The translations under genes and the position numbers were made by a program. From positions 1 through 64,000 of the forward strand of contig MCFE01000458.1 of NCBI GenBank assembly GCA_002104905.1: a DNA stretch of 64,000 nt, read 5' to 3'. This document shows positions 25,297 through 36,484 of the stretch, piece by piece (positions within the stretch are counted from its first letter, which is position 1; each line of letters starts with the position of its first letter). The notes below the pieces were generated by a model. That model saw nothing but the letters and a program-made list of their open reading frames with translations. It searched no databases and was not told the DNA's origin. Origin of the DNA: Basidiobolus meristosporus CBS 931.73. Lineage: Eukaryota; Fungi; Basidiobolomycota.

Positions 25297-27227
25297 GTGG
25301 ACAGTGTGCCCATTGAAGGTAATGATGCAGACTCCTCAGGCTCTCATTCAAGTAGACAATTGAGATCCTCTGTGGAGGCACAAGCTGACCGTTATGCTCA
25401 GGCAGATGAGAATGTAGTAAACTCAGTGCCCTCAGCAGAAGACCAGTTAGTGGCTGTCATAACATCACCACTACCCATATTAGCAAGTATGTAGTCAGCT
25501 CATACCAGAGCATTAATGAAGCAAATAGGCTCAGTGGCCAATAGGATAGATGTGATGGCTCAGAGAATTCAGGATATATTCCAGAAACAGGATGTGCAGA
25601 TAATACATGTGGATCAATCAATAATCCAGATAGAGAAAGCAGTATCCATGCTGCAAAGAAGGAACTCAAGTAGCTCAATATCACAGCCAAGAATTGAGCC
25701 ATTTCCCAATGTAACAGCAAAGGAACACCGTACAGTCTTTGAAGCACAACAACAGTGCCCAAAGATAAAGCCCACAGAGAAAACTATCACACGGTGGGTG
25801 GGAGACAATGTGGTGTTTATACCAAAGTCTAAAATCAATTGGCATTTGAGATCCTTGAAGCTGTTGAGTGCAATAGTGAAGAGTGGGCTAATATTCAAGA
25901 GGCTGTCAGAAGTCTAGCACACCATCACCTTAAGGCCAGCATATTATGGGACCATCAGGAACTCTAGCACAAGCAGAATGCACTTGACTTGTTCAATGAG
26001 CATTATCCTGGACTCAAACAGGCAAATAGATTTTGGGCCAGCATAGGTATGCTAAGAAAGTATCTTAAGAATAGCAAAAACTATCAAAGGCAAAAGAACA
26101 AGGGTGCCATGGCAAAAGCCAGCGGCTTCCTCAAGAGCCTGTTACAAGTAGGGCCAAAAGCTTCAGAAAAGTGTCAAAGAGACATCAGGTAGCTGTAAGA
26201 ATGCCAATGAGAGACAAGCTGGCCAACATAGATGCACCAGCACAACGTTTATCAAGGAAAAAGCATAGTATCACTCAAGAAGCACTCAGTCAAATCAGCA
26301 GTAAAAGACCTGGCAGTGATAAAAACCAGCAGCTTTTACAGGAGCCTGTTACATCTACAGTTGAGAGCTCAGAACAAGCAGTAAAGAAATGCCAGGTTGC
26401 CAGAACAGTGCCAGCAAGGGACAAGCAGGCCAAAACAGATGCGTCAGAGCAGAATTTATCAAGGAGAAAACATAGTTCTTTACAAGAAGCACTCAGACAA
26501 AGTTGCAATGAAAGACCTGCTAGTGATTAAGGAGCTGGTAAAGGGAAAAATGTCTACCCAAGCCTGAGACAGGGAGGCACACAAAGAAAATGCAGTTCTT
26601 GCCAATTAATGCGCAAACCTGAAACAGACTGAATCCCATTGTAGCCAAGAAGAACTACCAACAAGAAAACAGCAGTTTTCACAAGAGTTGGAAGCACAGC
26701 CAATTGAGCAACACTCCAGCACAGTAGATGAGTTTGCTGAAAAAGGCAATTTGTCTACCACAGCCTCCACATCCTCCATTGTTTACAGAGTGGCAATCCC
26801 ACTGACGGACAAGGCTATAACATCAACAACTCAAAAAACTATTGCAATGCCTTCAGTGGAGCTTTAGAACATTAATAGGCAAACCAAGAGGTTGCAGCAC
26901 TTCTTCAAGAGCAGTGCTCAAGAAAACACACTGGAATATTGCAAGGATTTATTGTTAAGACTGGCAGATGAGGTGCTAGACCTTGCAGTGCCAGCTGAAG
27001 ACTAGGACATGTGGGAACTAGTGGATGTACAGTGGCATAAAGCTTTTAGATTCCCACCATAGTTGTGGAACCAGAGCATTACAGCAGATCATTGATTGAA
27101 TGGTGGATTTTATTATGGGTTACTTGTTGATTGTGGGGTTGGGCTTAATGTTAGTGTTGGGTATAGGGACTTGTACAGGTCAAGACAATTAGCAATTGAG
27201 ATACAACTGAAGTTTGAATGGAAATAA
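25297..27227 (+). pseudogene. CMC ORF2 (TnpA-position accessory protein), probably spliced
   Basis: Coiled-coil segment, W-containing helical block (FNEHYPGLKQANRFWASIGMLRKYLKN), duplicated ~66-aa unit, conserved tail ending at a stop homologous to 31366. Possible GTATGT intron near 25490. Confidence 0.7.
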
Positions 27228-27555
27228 ATCAATTTGTATGCATGAAAGTAAGAGAAACAGTGGAGTCAGGAAGTAAGGAGTGTGAAAATGAGGCAATAGT
27301 CAATCAGTGCACTCAAACATAGGAGGCAATTGAGTGTCTGGGATCAGAAAGTGAGCTAATTGGCAGGGAACCAATCAAAAGCCACTTATACATTGTTGTG
27401 TTGAATAACTTTGACCAAGTTTTTGTGAAATCTGGGGTGCAACTATTTTTCAATGGTCTCTGGATGGTGTCCTGATGGGATCAGTACCTCTTAGTCACAG
27501 GACTTTATGCTGTGATGGCCTTTTGACAGGATTGTCCTAATAAAAATCCATAGGG

Positions 27556-28790
27556 AAAATTAGTAAAATGCGGTAACATTTATGTCATAAGATTGTGTGG
27601 AGGGTCAATAATTCCAAGCCACCAGCATTATAATAGACTCATTACAGGATTCTGAGGCCTGATATGGATTTGATCCAGCTGCAGGACCAAGTTATTATTT
27701 ATAGGGATCTGTAATGAGGTTTTACTCCTACTTCTTGCCAAAATTACTTCAGGATGTTACTTACCAGGTACTTGGTATAATCAACAACTATCATGCAGCT
27801 GACAACATATAACCCTGAGACCATCCTGATACCAGTATATATCAGCAGTTGCATGGTATTCACATCTAAAAGTGGCACCATTGTGTGGTGTCCAAGAATC
27901 CACTACCACAGGGGGATACATTGATCACATTGCATTTGTATAGAAGTAATACCCCATCTCAAATGCTGATGCAGTCCAACAATTATTGTGAGGCTAAAAA
28001 GTACCATACCCAGTATCAGTAAAGTGCCAACTTTGCTGATAGATTTGATGGCCAGCATTATAAGCAACTAAGTAGCAAGGGCTACTTTTAGGGTGTATGA
28101 CCACCGTTTTGTGCTTGCACATTAAGAATTCTGACTGAACAAGTACTTGGCCTGAAAACTCTGCTGACCACCAATTCTTGTCAACCTGATTAAGTGGCCA
28201 ACTGTACAGTATCAGAGCAGAAATCTCATGGTAGTCTCACTGGTATCTGTGCCTGAACTGCTATGTGTGTGAGATCCAGGGACTTAGTCCATAATTAATA
28301 CGCATTATTATTATCCCAGTGCCAACTCTGAGGATATCATCCTCCCATATAGAGTGCATACAAAAGTCAGCATTTCATTGCTGCAAAGTTGACAAGTTAT
28401 AAGTAATTGGCCAGAGAATGGAACTTATTAAAAGCCAGATATACTAAAGATAGTGGGAATCTGCTGGAGCAAAAGCCTTGCACTGCAAGCAATGCATTTG
28501 CTCTTCAACAGTATCTCTATTTCAATGCTATATTAGCCCCTGATATGCTGGAGAATCTGTAAAGAATTTGAAATATAATACAGGGCATTAACTGCCAGCA
28601 GCACTTCTCACAGGCACCATTCAATATTCATACACATATGTAGCAATATCAATGCCAGGACTGGATTTACTGGATATGTACTTATTTAAGTGGCCTTTTG
28701 AGGCAACTTCTACCAAGAGTATAATGGAAGTATTGGAAGTCATATAGTAACAATGTAGGAATATTTGTCCATTAGTGCATCAGCAATGAC
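27556..28790 (+). mobile_element. CMC terminal fragment (end at 27706) plus deleted transposase relic
   Basis: Subterminal match to 18150-18293, TTATAGGG end, then LLLLLAKI..LPGTWY and FDGQHYKQL segments. Confidence 0.75.
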
Positions 28791-28794
28791 CACT

Positions 28795-31693
28795 CCAAAT
28801 GAAAAGTAATATGGCCCTGCAGGTAGATTCCAACTGGATCAGCCATCAGGATCCCTTCAGGAGATCATTATAATACTACCAGCTTGGAATTAATGACCTT
28901 CTGCACAACCCTATGAAAAGACTATAATATTGATTGGCTAATTGTATGGCCAAGTAAACTTTAACTTGAAGGTGTTTAGGCAGTGTTGTGCCAGGAGTGC
29001 CATAGTATTGTTGCAGTCTTAGTGCACTTTGCAACTATTTGAGTTGACCAGCCAGTGCATCTAATTTCCTTAAATGGCCAAAAGCTTGAGAGTGTTTTGA
29101 GAGTCTCATTGCAAGCCTCTTATAGCATTATAATGGCAGTATGGTGGCCTATAACTAGTTCTGTATAATGCTACTCTACCAACTTACCAAACGGTAGTTC
29201 CTTTTTCTACCTCCCTTTGTGCAACTGATATGTTCCACAGTAGAATCACCTTTCTTTATTTGCTTACCACATTTAATTCATATCAAAAAGTACTATAGCC
29301 TGCTGCTTACTAAACACTACAAACATGCACACTTGCCGCAAGTGACATATTTGTATCATCTCAACTGTACAGCTTTTTATTATGATACTTGCAAGGCTGC
29401 CATATACCCTGTATTGCTGGTAACATATGCATCTTGCAAATATATGCTTTGTTGCAGTCACATCTGCTATGAATAACTTCTGAATATCTGCAAAGATTTT
29501 CATGTAATTAGCCAAAACATTCCTTCTCCCTGCTGGATTCTAGCCCCCCTTATTTGTGCATTCTGGCTCTTGCTTGTGGGATATCCATATTGAATGGTGC
29601 AGAAATGGGCTTGTGACCAAGAGAAATTCAGCATAACTTGGTAGAGTCAGACTCATAGTAATAGGTGCCTGTTGCATCCAACCCAACTTTGCATTCCTTA
29701 GCTGATGACCCATGCTTTGGGGCTGCTCAGCTTCTTAATGCCATAGACATTAATGTCTCCATATGCACCTCTGTCCTCAGTATTTCCTACCTCTTCATGA
29801 CTGTCCTCCAGATACCAACTCATCACTTCAATGACAAACTTGCAGGTAATATTCTTGAAGATATTTGGATACAGTAGCACATACAACTTGACTTGTTTTC
29901 CTATCTCCCCACACATCAGTATCATATGAAACTCCCAGAAGGTGAAGCAATATCCAAGATTCTGAATACACTAAGCAAGATGAAGTAGAGGATGTGAAGC
30001 TGTTGAGTGCAATGATGAAGAGTGGGCTAATATTCAAAAGGCTGTTAGAAGTCAAGCATGCCAACACCTTAAGGCCAGCATATCATGGGACCATCAGGAA
30101 CTCAAGGCCAAGCAGAATGAGCTTGACTTGCTCCATGAGCATTTTCCTGGATTCAAAAAGGCAATCAAGTTTTGAGCCAGCTTTGTATTGATAAGAAAGC
30201 ATCTCAGAAATAGTAGAAACTATCAAAGGCAGATGACAAGGGTGTAATGCCTAAGAACCAGCAGCTTCCTCAAGCGCCCATTACAAGCAGTGCCAAAAGC
30301 TCCAAGCAAGCTCCAATGAGAGATCAGGTAGCTGGAAGAGTGCCATTGAGGGAAAAGCATGCAGACACAGATCCTCCAGCACAACATTTTCCTTGGAAAA
30401 AGTGTAGCTCTACTCAAGAAGCACTTAGTCACAGTGGCAGTGAAGGACCTGGCAGTTATTAAAACCAGCAATTACCTCAAGATCCCATCATAGCATGGTC
30501 AGAGAGCTTAAAACAAGCAGGAAAGAAGTGTCAGGTTGCCTGCAGAGTGCCAGCAAGTGACAAGCAGGCCAAAACAAATGCATTGGAGCAGTGTCTATCA
30601 AGGAGAAAACATAGTTTAACACAAGAAGCACTCAGATAAAACAGCAGTGAAAGACCCAGCAAGGATAAAGGAAAAGGTTAAGGAAAAAAGTATACCCAAG
30701 CCAGAGACAGGGAAGTGAAAGAAAGAAGCTGCGGTTCTTGCCATTAATGCCATTAGCCTGCAACAGACTGAATCCCATCATAGCCAAGAAGAATTACAAA
30801 CAAGACGACTGCTTTATTCACAAGTGTTAGAAGCTCAGCCATTTGAGCTACACTCTGGGAGGGTAGATGAGTTTGCAGAGAAACGCAATCTGCCAGCCAT
30901 AACCTCCACACCCTCCATAGTTGACAGAGCTGAGACACCACTGACTGAAAAAGTAACAACTTTGGGAACTCAAAATTCTATTATAATGCCTTCAGTGGAG
31001 TCTTGGAGAATTAAGAGGCACACCAAGAGGTTGCATCACTTATTTAAGGGCAGTGCTCAAGAAAGCACGCTTGAAAATTGCAAGGATTTATTGCAAAAGC
31101 TGGCAGAATAAGTTTTAAACCTTGCAGTGCTAGCTGAAGACCTGGATGTATGGGAACCAGTCAGTGAACAGTGGCATAAAGCCATAGGGTTCCTGCCAAA
31201 ATCATGGAAACAGAGTGCTACAGCAGATATACTTATTGATTGGGGGATCTTAATGGAGTTACTTGTTGAATGTGGGGTTGGGCTTAATGTTAGTGTAGGG
31301 TATAGGGACTTGTATGAGTTAATACAATTGGCAATTGAAGTACAACTGATGCTCAAACAGATATAAGTCAATCTGTATGCACAAAAAGTAAGAGAAATAC
31401 TTGAGTCAGGAAGTAAGTGGTGAAAAAGAGGCAATGGTGAATCATGTACACATATATAGGAGGTGATAGAGTGTCTGGGATCAGAGAGTGAGAAAATTGC
31501 AGAGAACCTATCAAAAGCCACTTTTGTATTGTTTTGACAAAAAGTTTATGAGTAAGTGCTTGTGAAATCTGGGGTGCAATTTATTTTTGATGGTCTTTGC
31601 ATGGTCTTCTGATGGGGTCAATATCTCTCAGTCATGGGACTTAGAGTTTGTGCTGGTCTTTTGACAGGATCATCACTATAATTTTTCATAGGG
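28795..31693. mobile_element. Internally deleted (non-autonomous) CMC copy, 2.9 kb
   Basis: Both termini present (degenerate at 28795, ATTTTTCATAGGG at 31693). Transposase 3' part is fused to mid-ORF2 near 29990. Confidence 0.82.
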
Positions 31694-32460
31694 AATATTC
31701 ATTCTGAGGTGCATCATCAATGCCCATTTGGCACACCTACAACTTTTATGCAAGAGGTTTGTGACCAGATTTGTACAGCTAAGCTACAAGCATAAAGCTG
31801 AGCTCATAAATATCTGCCACAACTGCATTGATCTTCTTCTTCACCTTGCTAGATGTGTAGAATATACTGAGCCTTGCCTCACCTTTTGGGAGTTTCCTAT
31901 GAAGAAGATGAGTGGAGGATTAGAACACAAGTCAAGTCACAAGTACTGCTATATCCCAACTGCATCACAAATATTATCTTTAATTCCATAATAGAAGTCA
32001 GGAGTAGTCAAACACAGGATGGCTAGGAGGAGTAGAAAAATTAAGAGGACAGAAGTGTACTTGGAGACACCTATGCTGTTGGCATAAACTAGCAGACCAG
32101 CCCCAAAGGGTAGTGATCAGTCACATAAGGAATGGTTGGGTTGGAAGCAACAAGCAATCAACTTTTATTAAGAGAACTTTACCAAACTATGCAGGGCATC
32201 TCCTAGGTACAAGCCAATTTCTACACCATTCAATATGGAGCTTATACAAACCAGAACCAGAGCACACATTGGAAGGGGTTAGAAGCTATTGTGATGTTCT
32301 TGTCAAAATGCCATCACAAAATTAAGGTCCCATGACTAAAAGGTAGTGATCCTGTCAGGAAACCATGCCAGACTGTTGAAAAAAGTTGCACTCCAGAGCT
32401 CACAAAAACCAAGTCAAAATCTTTCATCACAACAATATGTCAGTTGCCTCTGATTGACTT
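31694..32460. mobile_element. CMC transposase fragment plus inverted subterminal segment
   Basis: LLLHLARCVEYTEPCLTFWEFPM in ORF 31728-31991. 32290-32460 is the reverse complement of the 27370-27540 type end. Confidence 0.75.
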
Positions 32461-32502
32461 CTTGTGGACATTGCAGAGAGTGACACCTTAGGGCTCATAA
32501 CC

Positions 32503-32851
32503 TGTTAGTAAGAGTCTTGGAGATATTGGAAGTGATTGAGAGAACAAGTAGATTACATGGTTTTCACTTTACAATTTGTTGAATGAAAATGTAATATTTA
32601 TACTTTCACATGGTCTTGACATAATAAACATGTAGAACTGGTTTAAGAAGATCCAAAGAAGATGAGTGCAAAGTTTGGGGCTGTTTGGACAACTTTGAGA
32701 ATTTTCATGTTCTGGGTACCTGATATTTTGGTGAAAATACTCTAGGTAAATCCCAACAAGGAATTTGGTCAGTATTCTCAAGGATTTGAAGGTAATTATC
32801 TAAGTTACTAAGATAGGTGAATATTTAGGAGGAATACAAATTGTTGCAACA
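32503..32851 (-). repeat. Copia LTR (349 bp)
   Basis: Reverse complement of the family LTR, with PPT on one side and PBS on the other. Confidence 0.9.
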
Positions 32852-34448
32852 CTCCCACTCAGCTAAATGTTTATCTTGACTAGTCCTAATTTGACCCAAG
32901 ATATTCAAACTTGTCTCTAGCTAATGGCTTGGTGAATATGTCTGCAATTGTTTCATCTGAAGAACAGCAAACTAAGCTAACTAAGTTATTTTCTATAGCT
33001 TCACATATAAAATGATGTCTAACATCTATGTGCTTAGTTCTAGTATGTAAAGCTGGACTTCTACCTAATTGTATACATCCTTGATTATCTTAAATAAAGT
33101 TATAGGCATTTTTTGACATAGGCCTAAATCTGTAAAAAGCTTTCTTAGCCACATTGCTTCTTTTGTAGCTTTACAGGCTGTCATATACTCTGCCTCTGTG
33201 TAGAAAGTGCTATGGTTGGTTGCTTTCTTAAATACCATGAAATTGCTCCTTGACAGTAAAGAAAGGTGTATTCTTTGGTGAATCTTCTGTCTTCTAAACT
33301 TGTCCCCAATCTGCATCAGAGTATCCCACAAGATCCAGCTCCAAATATTTATAAGTAATCTCAAGCAGATATCAGCAGTTTCTTTTAGGTATATAAAAAT
33401 CCGCTTAACTGCTGCAATATGATCAGATCCATAGTTCTAATTATGTTGGCTGACAACTCCCACTGAATATGAGATATCTGGACATGTTTCAAGCATATAA
33501 TGCATTGGACTGCCATTCATAGATTGATAAGGAAAGTTAGGGCTTTCAGATGGCATCAAGCTCTCTTGATTTGGTTGAATTTTGACCTAGTGAAGGCTTG
33601 TCTCCATTGGGGTAGCTGCTGGTTTACAGTCTTCCACTTGATACTTCTTTAGTATATCTTGAATGTACTTGGATTGGCTTACAGTGATAGTCTGCATACC
33701 TATGTCTATGAAGAACTTAATCACTAAGTAGTAACCAGGTTCTCCAAGATTGGACATCTTGAGCTTCTTAGATAGGCTGGATCTAGTCTCTTCCAATGTT
33801 GATAAGTTGTTGGCAGCTATAATAAGATCATCCACATATAGAGCTAATAGAACTGGATATACTCTATCTGGCATGTAGTATACACTATACTCAGCATTAC
33901 TCCTTTTGAAACTCAAAGACTCCAAATAAAAATATATCTTCCAATTTTGGGCTCTTGGTGATAGTTTGTGACCATATAAAGATTTTTTAAGCTTGCAGAC
34001 CTAGTGAGGGTTATCTTGGTCAACAAATCCATCAGGCTGGTCCATTTACACGTTCTCAGCAAGTTCTTCATTCAAAAATGCAGCTTTTACATCTATTTAA
34101 TGTACAAAAAACTTGTATTTGGCTGCAACAGCCAATATCAATCGGATGGAATTAAACTTAGCTACCAGTGCAAAGGCTGCAGTATAGTCAAGTCCTTTTG
34201 TTTGAGAGTATCCTTTGGCCACAAGACTTGCTTTGTATCTTTCAATTGTACCATCAGCCTTGTATTTTGTCTTGAAGACCCATCTGCATCCAGTTGATTT
34301 TTGGTTCATTAGTAATTTGACTAAGATGTCATTTTTGGTTAAAAATTTGAAATTTCATCAAACCACACATCCCTGGACTTGATCAGCTTCTTTGCTTCAG
34401 TATTGTAGAGTCTGTATGCCTTACTCTCATTGCAGCAGCCCAAAAATA

Positions 34449-34798
34449 TATTGTAAGAATTTGTAATTCCACCTAAATATTTACCTAACTTAGTCAGTTA
34501 GATCAGTACCCTCAAATCCTAGAGAATACTGACCAAATTCCTTGTTAGGGTTTACTTGGAATATTTTTGCCAAAATACCAGGTACCCAGAACATGAAAAT
34601 TCTCAAAGTTGTCCAAACAGCCCCAAACCTTGCGCACATACTCTTGGGACATTCCTTAGCCTATTTTAGGTGTTTGTAATGCCAAGACCATGTAAAAGTA
34701 TAAATACTACTTTTACATACAATAAATCATGAAGTGAAAACCACATAATATACTTGTTCTCCCAGTCACTTCCAATATTTCCAAGACTCTTACTAAAA
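34449..34798 (+). repeat. Copia B 5' LTR
   Basis: About 90% identical by eye to 39819-40166. Confidence 0.92.
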
Positions 34799-35413
34799 GG
34801 TTATGAGCCCCAAGGTGTCACTCTCTGCAATGTCCACTACTGCTATTACTGGAATTTCTCCCTCTGCTAAAGAGTGGGATGGATCCAACTACCAAGTGTG
34901 GAAGGTGAAGATGAAGATGCTGCTACAAGAAAGAGGCCTTTGGTATATTGTCATGGGAGAATAATGCCCTCCTAAAAATGTGGGAGAGGAAACCTTGAAG
35001 TACCAGATGAAAGAACAAAGTGCCTTTAACTGCATTTGCCTTAAAGTTAAAGACAAGTTGCTAATTCAATGATCAAGAGCAAAAACAGCAAAGAATGCCT
35101 GGAAGGCATTTGAATACACCTACCAGTCATGTTTAGCTGCTAAGAAAATGTATCTTTGACAAAAATGCTTTACAACAAAGATGCTGCCAGGAGAAGAAAT
35201 GAAAAATCTAATAAACAGAATTACCTTGCGGGTAGATGAGATGGAATCTGTGGGCGCACCAACTACTGATGAGGATGTGATAGTTACCATCCTGAATAGC
35301 CTGACAGACAAGTTTTAAGGCCTTGTATCAGCCCTAGAGTCCAGAACTGAATATTTGACCTTAAGTTATGTATATCAAAGGCTCCTAGATGAAGAATTAA
35401 GAAAATTAAGCGC

Positions 35414-36484
35414 TGTGGTGGTGTATAAGTCCAAGGGAGGGATACATCCAACACTTCTCAAGTGTTTTGTGTGTGGGGTGTTCACTGGGTGCAATAACCT
35501 CTGGCAAAAGCTTGCTAGGAATACTTGGGTTCTGTCTCTATTCCCCTTCACATTAGATTAAAGCCACAAGCTTGTCAAGGGAAAACTATCAAGCTACAAT
35601 CCCCAACTAAGTTGGTGTCTTAACAAACGTATGTGCTGGGTTCAGCATCCTTTGAGATGACAATGTACTAAAGCTTCCAAAGTCAAAACAACTGTAAACT
35701 CCACCAGCAGGGACTTGATAAGAATGCAGCTATGGTCAATAGTTACAAAGACAGAAAAGTATCTTTGCCTGTACAAGAACAAACTTGGGAAAGAATCAAA
35801 TATAATAAAAGATACCTACTCTGAGTATTCCTCACAAGTAGTGCCTCCAAGGTCAGTTGGCTGTCAGCGCAGTTTCCTGGGAGTGTCCTGTGGTCTAGGG
35901 TTGGAAGTTCAGGTAGCAGTAGGTAGCAGTGATCACACTAATCAACAAGTTGGAATATTGATAAAAGGGATGATGGTTTATTGTTGAGGGATAGCCTCCC
36001 TTATATACTTTTCTCACTGGCTAAGTGATTACTAATCATGGTGTTCCAGAAGACTCTGGATATCAACAGAAATCTTAATGACATCAGAATGACCTAAGAA
36101 TGTTCTAAGTATGTGCCGGAAGGTTTCAAGAGGCACAGCACATCCAACCAATCAGGAATCAGTATTCTGAAACTTGTATAACATAGGGATACCTTATATG
36201 GTATGGAAATGGTAGGGATGGTGACACAGGTTAATCATGTGTCACGGGTACTGGTGCAGGTACTTGCCTAATATAGAAGTACTTGTAGCTAGTAATCTTA
36301 CATAAAGTGAGGGGTAACTTATGCAATAAGGTAAGCAGGTGTGATAGTCAACCGGCCTATGGGATAGTACTGATTGGGTAAGACAAATGGGATAAAACTA
36401 AAATAAGTGTAGTAGAGATATAGGGAAGTAGAAAATAAGGGAATGAGCACATCTGTCAGTGGGTGTCACTGTCACCCCACTACA
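35414..36484 (-). repeat. Solo LTR (1071 bp) of an unidentified LTR retrotransposon
   Basis: TGTGGTGG...CCACTACA termini, GCGC duplicated at 35410-13 and 36485-88. Interrupts Copia gag (empty site at about 54350-54365). TATATAAG then AATAAA on the minus strand. Confidence 0.9.

Larger units (their letters stand above)
18490..27555. mobile_element. Near full-length CMC/EnSpm-like DNA transposon (about 5.7 kb without the nested PHIS)
   Basis: Minus-strand Tnp2-type transposase, divergent plus-strand ORF2, right terminus ...ATCCATAGGG at 27555. About 100 bp of the left end is missing relative to the copy at 49936. Confidence 0.85.

Noticed and set aside
35715-35987. 90-aa ORF inside the 1071-bp LTR
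   Set aside because: Frame is not preserved in the second copy and it has no motif.
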